Below are positions 1 to 11,667 of a DNA stretch of 48,153 nt, piece after piece. Under the pieces are notes generated by a model, which saw nothing but the letters and a program-made list of their open reading frames with translations, did no database searches and had not been told where the DNA came from. The stretch spans positions 1 to 48,153 of the forward strand of contig NIVC01003137.1 of NCBI GenBank assembly GCA_002269645.1, in the 5' to 3' direction. Numbering within the stretch: position 1 is the stretch's first letter; each line of letters opens with the position of its first letter. The DNA is from Macrostomum lignano (lineage: Eukaryota). The translations under genes were made by a program, and so were the position numbers.

Positions 1-104
1 GTTAAAATAGAAAAGACTATATTAAATATCTAAACACCGCGTCAGCCAATCAGAATAGAGACTCAGCAATAAACCAATCAAAATCATTTCAAACCTGCGA
101 TTCA

Positions 105-110
105 TTTATT
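105..110 (-). terminator. Candidate AATAAA polyadenylation signal of PCM1
   Basis: tttatt on plus strand about 410 nt past the PCM1 stop codon. Confidence 0.4.
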
Positions 111-156
111 CACTATACTAAAATGAGTTGATTCTATCTTAAGAATTATATTCTAA

Positions 157-455
157 AGCCTAGCCAATCAGAATCAAGCCTAGCCAATCGGAATCAAGCC
201 TAGCCAATCAGAATCAAGCCTAGCCAATCAGAATCAAGCCTGGTCAATCAGAATCAAGCCTAGCCAATCAGAATCAAGCCTAGCCAATCAGAATCAAGCC
301 TAGCCAATCAGAATCAAGCCTAGCCAATCAAAATCAAGCCTGGTCAATCAGAATCAAGCCTAGCCAATCAGAATCAAGCCTAGCCAATCAGAATCAAGCC
401 TAGCCAATCAGAATCAAGCCTAGCCAATCAAATCAAGTCTAGCCAACCAGAATCA
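157..455. repeat. 20-bp minisatellite (agcctagccaatcagaatca), about 15 copies
   Basis: Direct tandem repeat, downstream of the PCM1 stop. Confidence 0.95.
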
Positions 456-518
456 CACAATTTAGAATGTAGTCAAGTCAAAAGCCAGCCAATCAGAACA
501 AAGCCAGGGCGCAGCCAA

Positions 519-3500
519 TCAGGACTCAGTCTCCTCAGCCGTGGCGTCCTTCAGCGTGACCGTGACGAAGCCGTTGTTGCTCTTGCCATCAGCCGAGGAC
601 ACCTCGTACTGGTCGGCGTCGGCCGCGGCCGAGCCAACTAGGCCAGCCCCGTTCTCGGGCCCGACCAGCGTCTCCAGCATCTCGGAGCGCAAGTCGGCAG
701 CTGGTGGCGACTCTCCGCCATCGCCGCTGCCGCTGCCGCCGTCGCCAGTCTCAGCCTCGACTGCCTGAGCAGCCTGGACCTGAGGCCGCTTCTCGCTAGG
801 CCGCTGCGCGTCCTTCTCCTCGGCGTCGATTACCGCGGCCACGCGCGGTGAGCTGGCGGCGAATCGGAGAGTTTAGGACACTTATTTGATGCCAACACCC
901 GCCAATGCCTACTTGTAGTAGTAATTGACAGTCAAAGTTCTTAGCGGGATAATTTTTCCAGCAAGTTACTAATATCGCGGAGCAAGAGATTTTAAGTGCA
1001 TTGTGATGCATCCCAGGCCAGTCTTTGTCCTCTATCCAGCCCAGTCTTTGTCCTCCTCACCCCTTCCGTATCCTCTCCACCACCGTCGCTGTCGTCACCG
1101 GCCGCGGCCACGGAGCCGCCCTCGACCTCCTCCTCTTCGGAGCCGATCAGTGTCATCTCGCGTGTCTCGCTGGCCGCCAGCTGTACCGCCACGCCCGACG
1201 TTGCCGCCTTCAGCCTCCTCGTCCTGCTGATCCTCAGCCTCCTCTTCATCAACTTCCTCCTCTTCATCATAGTCTTCCTCTTCCTCCTCCTCCTCCTCCT
1301 CGTCATCGCCAGTTTCCTCCGCTTCGTAGTCGACGCCGCTGCCATCGACACCCTGCCGGTTGGCCTCATCCAGACTGGCGATCAGGCGGTGGAAGGCCAG
1401 TTCGTTGAACAGGGTCTCGCTGAGGTCCACCAGCAGGTCCTCCAGGCAGTCCGTGAGACGGCGGCCCTGGTATCTGAAAGGCAAAGGGGAACCGATGGGT
1501 TTTGGGTCTGGACCAATCAGAGAACAGCAGGCTATTCTGGACCAATCAGAGAACAGCAGGCTATTCTGGACCAATCAGAGAACAGCAGGCTATTCTGGAC
1601 CAATCAGAGAACTGCAGGCTATTCTGGACCAATCAGAGAACAGCTGGCTATTCTGGACAAATCGGAGAACTGCAGGCTATTCTAGACCAATCAGAGAACT
1701 GCAGGCTATTCTAGACCAATCAGAGAACTGCAGGATATTCTAGACAAATCAGAGAATAGCAGGCTATTCTGGACCAATCAGGGAAATCAGACAGACTCAC
1801 TTGGCCAGCGCGTCGGTCACCAGGCTGGTAAGCTGCCGAGAGAACAGCCGCTCAAACTCGTCGTCGGAGTCAGCCGACCGCGCCATCGTGGCCGCGGCCG
1901 CTGACTGCTGGGCTGCCATGATGAGGCGAACCCGGCGCAGTGCCAGGTCGCGCAGCCAGGTGAGGAACTGCGGAGTGGCGGTCTCGTGCGCGTGCGCCTT
2001 AACCAGCGGGATGAGGTGGTGCACCACCGCTTTGATCTGCGCGTCAAGGCGGCGACTGTCGAGCAGCGGCTGGCGTGGCGGCACCGGCGGAGGTGGCGGC
2101 TGCTGCTGGCGCCGCTCACGCAGGATTTGCATGGCTCTGCGGGAGATTTGATTCAGACATAGGCTGGCAGTGTTAAACATAGGATCTAGTCGATAGCAAT
2201 TCCGACTCCTGCACCAAAGTCCCGGGTTAGATTTTGCGGCCCGGCCACGTGAACTTGGGTTTCTCGAACATGAGGGTCAGCCCCATAGGCAGCGTGCACA
2301 GGTCTTTCAAAATCCAAATCGCTCACCGGCTGAACTCTAAATCCAAAATCTCTTGATCTGTGAAACTCCTAAATCACGCACCCCACTTTCCAAACTCCCT
2401 AATGAAGTCCCAGATCCCTCACCAGCAAAACTCCCTAATGAAGTCCCAGATCCCTCACCTGCAAAACTCCCTAATGAGATCCCAGATCCGTCACCTGCAA
2501 AATTCACTAATGAAACCCAGATCCCTCACTTGCAAAACTCCCTAATGAAATCCCAGATCCCTCACCTGCAAAACTCCCTAATGAGATCCCAGATCCCTCA
2601 CCTGCAAAACTCCCTAATGAAATCCCAGATCCCTCACCTGCAAAACTCCCTAATGAGATCCCAGATCCCTCACCTGCAAAACTCCCTAATGAAATCCCAG
2701 ATCCCTCACCTGCAAAACTTTCTAATGAGATCCCGAATCCCTCACTCTCACCTGCAAAACTCCGTAACGAAATCCCGAAACTCTCGTCTTCTAAACTCCT
2801 AATTCTAAATCCCTCACCTGTCCAGGTGCACTACGGTGTCGCCCAGGGAGTCCCTGGCAAACAGGGTGCCACCGCTGGCCGCGGCCGCAGCGCTAGGCGT
2901 GGTGGACACGGAGCTGCTGGCATCGTAGTAGGCCACGGGCTCTGCGTAGTCGGCCGCGCCGCCGCCAGCCAGCCGCCGCGCCAGGGCGCGGGCCGCCGCT
3001 CGCCTCACCGCGTCTTCGTCGCCAACACCCGCCGCAGTGTTGGAAGTCGCCGTGGTGGTGGCGTAACTCTCCGAGGGCGTCTGTTCGAAGCCGGCGCCGC
3101 CTGCCGCAGCGGAAGCGCCGGTGTCGCGAAGCCACGGCGGCTGGCGACGGCTGCCACCGGCTGCGCTGCCGACCGAGCTCACCTGCCTGCCGTGGGGTAA
3201 AGGGAACGTAGTGACTAGATCTGGTTGCTATGCTCTTGACACTACGCACCTCTGAATCGGCTGCTATGGTCTAAGTTGGTTGCTATGGTCTGAGTTGGTT
3301 GCTATGGTTTGAGTTGGTTGCCATGGTCTGAGTTGGTTGCTATGGTTTGAGTTAGTTGCTATATATTCTGAGTTATTTGATTCAGAGTTAGTTGCTATGC
3401 ATCCTGAGTTAGTTGCTATGCATCCTGGGTTAGTTGCTATGCATCCTGAGTTAGTTGCTATGCATCCTGGGTTAGTTGCTATGCACTCTGAGTTAGTTGC

Positions 3501-6500
3501 TATGCATCCTGGGTTAGTTGCTATGCACTCTGAGTTAGTTGCTATGCATCCTGAGTTAGTTGCTATGCATTCTGAGTTTCTACGCATCCTGAGTTATTTG
3601 CTATGCATTCTGAGTTAGTTGCTATGCATTCTGAGTTAGTTGCTATGCATCCTGGGTTAGTTGCTATGCATCCTGGGTTAGTTGCTATGCACTCTGAGTT
3701 AGTTGCTATGCATCCTGAGTTAGTTGCTATGCATTCTGAGTTTCTATGCATCCTGAGTTAGTTGCTATGCATTCTGAGTTAGTTGCTATGCATTCTGAGT
3801 TAGTTGCTATGCATTCTGAGTTAGTTGCTATGCATTCTGAGTTAGTTGCTATGCATTCTGAGTTAGTTGCTATGCATTCTGAGTTAGTTGCTATGCATTC
3901 TGAGTTAGTACGAACCCCCAATGTTAATGGATGACTAGGCTGATGCTCATTTCCGGCTAGGCTCTTTGAATCGTCAAACCCACAGTAATCGGAATAAGAA
4001 CAGGCGGTTAACTTAAAAGAAGAAATGATGGCAAAGCATACCGCACCTGCTCAGGTGCCTGTTGACCAGCTCCTGCAGGGCCAGCAGGGCTCGCTGGCGC
4101 AGAAAGTCAGTTGACAGCAGCTGCAGCTCGCGGAACAGCTCAACCAGGTAGTGGGGCCGAGCCTCGTTTTGTGAGATCAGCGCCGCCACCTCCGAGTAGA
4201 TGCTCTCCCTCAGGCTCTCAAAGCCGCCGCGGCCGCCGACACCAGAGCCGCCCGCAGCAGCAGCGACAGCCTCCTCTTCTTCGTCGATCTCTTCCTCCTC
4301 GTCCACGTCCTCCTCCTCGTCGTACGGCACGGGCCCGGTGCCCGCGATGCCCGAGGAGACGCCGCCGCGGCCCAGCGGAGGAGTCCGGCGGCCCCGGAGC
4401 TCCTGCTGCCGCTCATCGGCGTAGGGCAAAGTGCGGGGCGAGCGGAGCGACCCGAGGTCCAGACGGGGCAGCGACTCGGTCTGCGAGCCGGCGGCTGCTG
4501 TCGCTGTGGGCTGCTGCTGCTGCTGCCTGTGGCACTGCTGGTGTGGACAGCTGGGAGGCTGCCAGTACCAGCAGGGCGGTGGCGGTGGTGGAGGCGGCGG
4601 CGGCGGCGGCATTCCGGCATGCGGGGAGTTGAAAGCCGCCAGACCGCTGACCTGCTGAGACAGGCGGCTCATCTCCTGCTGCTGGGCAGCCAGCATGGAG
4701 CAGCACTGCTGCAGGCACAGCAGCACCTGCGTGGCTGAGCCCACACCGCCCAACGGGTCCGGACGGCGTTGCTGGCGCCGGCGCCGACGCGCGTTTGCAG
4801 CCTCCTCCTCTTCCTCTTCATCGTCGTTGTCGTCGTCGTCATCGTCGATGTCCTCCTCTTCCTCCTCGGCGTCGGCCGTGTCCTCAAAGTTGGAGGCCGA
4901 AGTGGAGCCGCCCCAGGTGGCCGCGGCCGAGGCGGTGGTGGCGGCCGTCGGGTCCCCGCCGATGCCGCGCCGGCCGCCACGCAGCTCCTCGCGGAGCAGC
5001 TTCTCGGTGCGCATCCGGCCGTAGACGGTCTCGTTGGTGAGCAGCGAGGTGGTGGCCACCGGCTCCTGGAAGGTGACGCCGGCGCCGCCGACGGTCGCGG
5101 GCTCGGCAGCCCTGCGAGCGGCCTGTCCGCCGTCATCGTCATCGTCTTCGATCTCCTCTTCGTCGTCGTCGTCTTCGTCGCCGACCTCGCGGATTTCGGC
5201 AACCCGAACTCCGCCAGCCGACCGGACAGCCCCGCCACCGCCACCAGCCCTGGCTTTCTCGGCCGCCTCGACGGCTTCGGCGTCGCGCAGGCGGCTCTGC
5301 AGCTGCTCCAGCTGGCCCTGCAGCTCCGACAGGCGCTCCCGCTCTTCCATGAGCTGGCGCAGCTCCTGGGACTGCTCCAGCACGGCCAGGTCGTACAGCT
5401 GCTGCTCCGGCAGGTCGGCCGGGGCCTCCATGCCGCCAAGGGAGGAGACGCCCTCCAGCAGGGACTGCAGCCTGGCCAGCTTGGCCTTGGCGTCCCGCAG
5501 CTGCAGCGCCCGCTGCTGGGTCAGCGGGTCCGCATCCGCCCACTGCCCGCTGTCGGCCTCGGAGGAGGCGGACGCGCCGCCGCCTTTGAAGCCTCCAGAT
5601 GAGACAGCAGCAGCGGCAGCAGCGGGAGCGGCGCCCCTTTCAGAGCCGTCATCGCCGTCCAGGCTGCTGCCGTAGTTCAACAGTCGGCGACGCGCCCGAT
5701 CCTCCTGCTGCGACATCGTGGCGCTGGTGGAACTGCGGCCCGACGTGGCCGAGGCCGGGGCCGCCGGCAGCGACGATTTGGCAGCCGCGGCTGCCGCTGC
5801 GCCTCCTCGATCGGACGCGGCATCAGAGTCTGCGGACCGATGAGATTTGGATTTGAGAGAGCTCGAGACGGCACAGCTAAGTTTTAGGCAAGTTATAGGG
5901 ATCCGGGCCGGTGAGACTGGGATCCGGGCCGGTGAGACTGGGATCTGGGCCGGTGAGACTGCGATCCGGGCCGGTGAGACTGGGATTCGGACCGGTGAGA
6001 CTGGGATCGGGGACGTTGAGACTAGGATTCGGGCAGGTGAGACTGGGATCCGGGCCGGTGAGACTGGGATCGGGGACGGTGAGACTGGGATCAGTCAGAG
6101 AGATTTGGAATCTATCAGAGATTGGGGATCTTTCAGTGAGATTTGGGATTTGTCAGTGAGATTTGGGATTTGTCAGTGAGATTTGAGATCTGTCAGTGAG
6201 ATTTGGGATCTGTCAGTGAGATTTGGATTTGTCAGTGAGATTTGGGATTTGTCAGTGAGATTTGGGATCTGTCAGTGAGATTTGGGATCTGTCAGTGAGA
6301 TTTGGATTTGTCAGTGAGATTTGGGATTTGTCAGTGAGATTTGGGATCTGTCAGTGAGATTTGGGATCTGTCAGTGAGATTTGGGATCTGTCAGTGAGAT
6401 TTGGGATCAAATAGAGGTCAGAAATCATAAATCCAATGACTGACCACCCTGGCCGTGAATGAAGTCGGCCGCTTCCTGATAGTAGGACACCAGCTGCCGG

Positions 6501-9500
6501 ATGCCGCTCAGGCGGTCCCGCACGGAGCGCAGCTTCTCCAGCTGGGCGCGGGCGTCCATGGCGCCAAGGAGGTTGGCGGCCTCGCCGGCGGTGTTGCTGG
6601 CTCGCTGGGAGCTGGCGAGCGCCTGCGGCAGCAAAGATGGCGGAAGGTTTGAGACTAGTAAACCGTTAAATGCTTAATGCTGTGGTCGAACCTTCCGCAG
6701 GTTTTAAACGCGCTAAATTACAATCCCCGGAACTACTTCGTATTTCTGCATACATCTTTCATCTGAAGGCATAATCGAACAAAACCTGCTACAGAAACAG
6801 CAGGACTACTACAGCCTGTGCTACAGAAACAGCAGGACTACTACAGCATGTGCTACAGAAACAGCAGGATTACTACAGCCTGTGCTACAGAAACAGCAGG
6901 ACTACTACAGCCTGTGCATACACTGTCAAGGTGATTCCCACCTGTTGCTCCGTGCTGGTGGTCGACGCCTCCACCCCAGCGGCCCTGAGGGCGCTCAGTT
7001 CGCCAAGCGCCGCGTCCAGACGCGCCTTCTTGGCCTCCAGGTCAGTCAGGCGGCGCGCCAGCCGCGCCTCCGGGTCCGCCGAGGCGCCAGCGGTGGACGA
7101 AGCGGCCGCCGATGTCACAGTTTCGCGCTCCTCCAGCTCCGAGTCCTCGCGCATCGGCGGCGGCGGCGGAGGCGGCTGGTCGTCATCCTCCTCTTCCTCG
7201 TCATCCTCGGCTTCGGCAGCAGCGGCCAGCCGGCCGGCCAGCTTGGCGCCGGCCTCGGCGCGCATCGTCTCACGCTGCCTGGCCAGATGCAGCTGGCGCC
7301 GCTGCTCCGCCTGCTCGCCCTGCATGGCGGCCACCGCCTGGCCCTGCTTGGCCCGCAGCCGCTCCTGGCGCAGCAGCATGTCGCGCAGGTTGTCCCGCTG
7401 CTCGCGGAGTTCGCCCAGCTCGCGCCGGCGGCTGCTCAGCGCCTCCTGAGCGTCGGCCTACAGGCACAGCAACAGGGAGTGGCGTGGTTCTGAAACTCTC
7501 AGCTTAAGCTTGATCAACAATAGTTATCACCGACCTGAGGCTGGTGTCACTGACCTCAGGCTGGTGTCACTGATCTCAGGTTTGGGAGTCACTGACCTCA
7601 GGTTTGGGAGTCACTGACCTCAGGTTTGGGAGTCACTGACCTCAGGTTTGGGAGTCACTGACCTCAGGTTTGGGAGTCACTGACCTCAGGCTGGTGTCAC
7701 TGACCTCAGGTTTGGGAGTCACTGACCTCTTGTTGAGGTCACTGACCTATCACCTATCCAGGGTGCCCTGGACTCAGAGAGAAAAAGGGCTTAGGAAAGC
7801 TTTCATGACCTTAAAAAGGTCCCCCAGACTTCAAGAGGCTCGTAAACCTCAGAAATACTTTTCAGACCCTTTTTAAAGTCCAGAAAAGCCTTCCTGACTA
7901 CATGGGGGGTTTCCAGGCAACAGGGGAGCTTTCATGATCTCAATGAGTTATAGCCCAGACCGGGCCAGACCTGCAAGGCCTGCCGCTCGGCCAGCAGTTT
8001 CCGCATCCGCTCCTGCTCGGACCGCAGCGCCGCCAGCTCTCGCTCGACGCTCTCGTCAACCGGTGCTTCGGAGCCGCCGGTCTCCTCGCCTTCGCCATCA
8101 AATTCGTCATCATCATCGTCGCCGTCGTCTTCGGCGCCAGAGGCGGGCGGCGCTGCCACGGCGGCCTCCGGCACGTCGCCGCTGCCTGGAAGCAGACGGC
8201 CTAGCAAGCTGATGTACTCCTCCTCCTGGGCGGCCAGCTGCTGCATCAGGCTGTCCAGATTCCTACCCTGTTCGCCGCCAACGGAACGGCGCAGGGCCTG
8301 GGCCTGTGGGGAAGAGAAAGTTTTATTGTCTCGCGTTGCGATTCAAAATAAATTCAGAAGCAAATATACTTTTATTGCCATTTGAAGTAGGATAGTTGAA
8401 AGTTTACTTATTTAAGTTATCATTTTTATCTAACAAATTGCTACTGCTGCTACTGTCAGTAGAGTAGTGAGAAAAAACTGTAAAATAGAGCTAAAAAATT
8501 CTGCTTTGGCTGCGGCTTGACTCGATGGCGTGGTTTAAAAGCGATTCCCAACATTTATTTTCGCTACCTAAAGTAGGGTAGTCAACGTTTGTCTAAAGTT
8601 CCAGGCGGCATCAATAAAAAAAGAAATTTTAGTAGGCTCACACACAGATAGTGATTCATCATGCAGACTCTCACACCGGCAGTGACTCATTATGCAGACT
8701 CTCACACCGGCAGTGACTCATTATGCAGACTCTCACTAGCAGTGACTCATATAGATTCTCACACTAGCAGTGACTCATATAGATTCTCACACTAGCAGTG
8801 ACTCATATAGATTCTCACACTAGCAGTGACTCACTATGCAGACTCTCACACTCACTATGCAGACTCACACTAGCAGACTCATATAGATTCTCACACTAGC
8901 AGTGACTCACTATGCAGACTCTCACACTCACTATGCAGACTCACACTAGCAGACTCATAGATTCTCACACTAGCAGTGACTCACTATGCAGACTCTCACA
9001 CTCACTATGCAGACTCACACTAGCAGACTCATATAGATTCTCACACTAGCAGTGACTCACTATGCAGACTCTCACACTCACTATGCAGACTCACACTAGC
9101 AGACTCATATAGATTCTCACACTAGCAGTGACTCACTATGCAGACTCTCACACTCACTATGCAGACTCACACTAGCAGTGACTCATTATTCAGACTCACA
9201 CTAGCAGTGACTCACTATGCAGACTCACACTAGGAGTGACTCATTATATAGATTCTCACACTAGCAGTGACTCACTATGCAGACTCTCACACTCACTATG
9301 TAGACTTACACTAGCAGTGACTTGAACCCCAGCAAAGAAAGTTCAACAGGCCACAAAAAGCGAGAAAATTCGCACCTGTCGCTGATAATCCCGAATCTGC
9401 AGCAGCTTGGCAACCAGCTCGTTCACATCCCGGCCACTGCCAATTGCAACGCGGTCCCCAGCTGGCCGCCTCTGGCCGTCACCAGCGCCGCCTGGGCCCT

Positions 9501-9534
9501 GTGGCTGTCTGGAGTTGGCGCTGCTCTGAGACAT
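519..9534 (-). CDS. PCM1: PCM1-like pericentriolar material / centriolar satellite protein. Exons (minus): 9534-9376, 8303-7971, 7457-6942, 6622-6445, 5829-4047, 3186-2818, 2136-1801, 1473-(1061 or 1099), 852-519; about 1460-1470 aa
   Basis: GT-AG exon chain with consistent phases except at exon 8. PCM1-like motifs: LLQIRDY..., LEKLRSVRDRLSGIRQLVSYYQ, ESIYSEVAALISQNEARPHYLVELFRELQLLSTDFLRQRALLALQELVNRH, ARDSLGDTVVHLDRAM, AKYQGRRLTDCLEDLLVDLSETLFNELAFHRL. Exon 8 has a frame conflict (see findings). Confidence 0.88.
1508..1790. repeat. 29-bp minisatellite (ggaccaatcagagaacagcaggctattct), about 9 copies, PCM1 intron 7
   Basis: Period measured 1510 to 1539. Confidence 0.95.
2395..2765. repeat. 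36-bp minisatellite (ccctcacctgcaaaactccctaatgagatcccagat), about 10 copies, PCM1 intron 6
   Basis: Direct tandem repeat. Confidence 0.95.
3255..3910. repeat. 21-bp minisatellite (ctgagttagttgctatgcatt/c), about 30 copies, PCM1 intron 5
   Basis: Direct tandem repeat; source of the CIATNSE pseudo-ORFs. Confidence 0.95.
5898..6410. repeat. Two adjacent minisatellites in PCM1 intron 4: 21-bp gagactgggatccgggccggt (~5898-6090) and 20-bp gggatctgtcagtgagattt (~6100-6410)
   Basis: Direct tandem repeats. Confidence 0.93.
6785..6915. repeat. 32-bp minisatellite (gctacagaaacagcaggactactacagcctgt), about 4 copies, PCM1 intron 3
   Basis: Period measured 6788 to 6820. Confidence 0.9.
7535..7750. repeat. 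22-bp minisatellite (tcactgacctcaggtttgggag), about 9 copies, PCM1 intron 2
   Basis: Direct tandem repeat. Confidence 0.93.
8660..9325. repeat. Composite ~28-31-bp minisatellite (cacactagcagtgactcactatgcagactct), PCM1 intron 1
   Basis: Direct tandem repeat with variant units. Confidence 0.92.
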
Positions 9535-10034
9535 GAGTAGCTGTGAGCTGAGCAGCTGTGAGCTGTGGGATAGAGCAGGGTTACTCGTACTATAATTTAA
9601 AAATGTCTGTAAGCATCAAAATCACTCTGATAAGGTATCAGCTTGCCCTACATTATCATAATTTCTATATATCAAGTGAATTGCACTTTTTCTTTAATTA
9701 CTTTTACCAATTTGGCCCCATTTAGTATATGCAAGTCATTAAAGTCAATATTTTATACTATAAAAGCTTCAAGAAGTTAAGCAAAGTAGAATACCTTTCT
9801 TATCTATAATTATTATCATCCATTTTCATCCTTCTTTTTAAATGCCTAATACAGCAATCCTTTTATTTGATTTTCGTTATTTACTGAATAATACCATTGC
9901 TACTTGTAATTCTATGTAAAAATTGGGATAAATATGCAAAAGTGTATTTATTTTGTGCTAGGCTACTTGCTTTATGTAATGAATAAATATCTATATATAG
10001 TATAGGTCAGGCTACAATAAAAGCTAAAGCCAAA

Positions 10035-10682
10035 GGAAATGATTATAATAAAATACATTAACAATTTGGCTATCCTGAAGAATGGTCTGTTAAATTCACT
10101 GTATGTACATTTTTTATCTATTGACATGAAACTTGCCAAAAATGAATACTTTCATTATGCTAACATTTTAGAAGTGTTTCAGTATTAAAATTCTATTTGT
10201 GAGGGTTGTAATTGAAATTCTTGGTTTCTTGGCAATTTCTTGGTTTTTTCTAGATTTTTCCAAAATTTAACAACTATTAACAATTATTAGGCCTATGCAA
10301 TTTTGAATTTATGCACTGATGTCACTGGCAAAAATTATGTCTATGACCAAATCTAGTTATAAACTCTGGGGCTTTAAGGAGAGGGGCGCTGCTAAGCTAC
10401 AAATACTGCAAATAAAGTGCTTTTCATTTAAAAATGGCTAGTGAACAACCGTTTACCCTAACATAGATTATGCCACCTCAAGAGGTTCATCTAGGTCCAG
10501 CCTTTGAACTAACAAATATGGACACTTCTAAACATTTCTAAAATGTTGGCATACCTAATGAAAACATTCATTTTTGGAAAGTTTCATGTCAATAGTTAAA
10601 AAATATACATTCAGTGAATTTAATAAATGATTCTGCAGGATAGCCAACAATTCCAATGTAATATCTTATAGCATCTGTTTCC
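10035..10682. mobile_element. Old foldback/MITE-like element with ~150-bp imperfect terminal inverted repeats
   Basis: 10035-10182 (ggctatcctgaagaat...attcactg...ctattgacatgaaacttgccaaaaatgaat...cattttagaa) matches the reverse complement of ~10520-10682. No TSD recognised. Confidence 0.6.
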
Positions 10683-11508
10683 CTAATTACTACCAATAGG
10701 AAATGAATGAAATATATAGAACTAGGCTTATTATCATCTATTTAGACATAGAGCTATAGCTAGGCGCCTATCTTGGTATCTGGCCATTTTGGTCATGCGC
10801 CTTTCATTTTACCTTTTTATCTCTTGTCTTTCTTTTATATTTCTTATTCCCATTGTGTTTAAAGCCCAGAAAAAACAGAAACAAATAAAACAAACAAAAA
10901 ACTGTTGGTTTAGACTGACATCATGCAAATAAGGTTTTTCACTTATGTTATTAGCCCATAAGCCCTTGAAAAATTTGGCTATTAATTTGGATTTAAAGGG
11001 TTACTAATCCCTATAGGTTTAATAACCTAGGCAGATGCAATAGAGCTAGAATTCATGAGGGCAAGATAGCTAGTTAGGCAATTGCCTGCCTAATAATTTA
11101 ATTGTTTAGAGAGCTATGAGCATTGCCTTCCCAAAATTTCAATGACATCAATGAAATTATATCAGAGCATTTGGTCTATGTCTATATTTGTTGTTTTGCC
11201 ATTTGGCTTCTATATCCAAAAAATCAAATTTTGCCTTGGTGTTACCATTGCGTGGCATGCCTGAACCTAGACTAGGCCTAGGCCTAGATATAATTATGGA
11301 AAACAATTTCACTGCCACATATTGATCATTTTTATTTTAATTGCACAAGTATGAAATCTTGACTTGTTCAAATTTGAATAGGGGAGGGGCTACATGAAAT
11401 TGTAATAGGCCTAGGCCTTACCCCAATTTGCCCAGGCTCACGGACTCCTACCTAAGCTACTGGCTATTTATTATTAGAGGCAGGGGGGTTGTGTGCACCC
11501 TGGCACAC

Positions 11509-11667
11509 TTTAAGCGACATCAACATACAACCAGCGAGAGGCAATACTGCCCACTCCACTGACTCCCCTGAGCAGGCATAGGCCTATAGCTAGTATAGGC
11601 TATAAGCGCGCGGATATGTACGCAGGCACACACTCACACAGGAGTGTACAGCGGCCCTAACTTTATT
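11509..11667 (-). mobile_element. SINE-like family X, copy 1, left part (interrupted by the YR element; continues at 13648-13690)
   Basis: Aligns with 35194-35334 (tttaagcgacat...gcgagaggca.tactgccca...gactcccctgagcaggca...gagtgtacagcggcc.taactttattt); right flank atcattaggcatgtacact...gtgccttggg aligns with 35335-35368. Confidence 0.75.

Noticed and set aside
541-8212. Plus-strand and alternative-frame ORFs overlapping PCM1 exons
   Set aside because: Shadow ORFs of GC-rich coding sequence; only the PCM1-homologous frame has splice and motif support.
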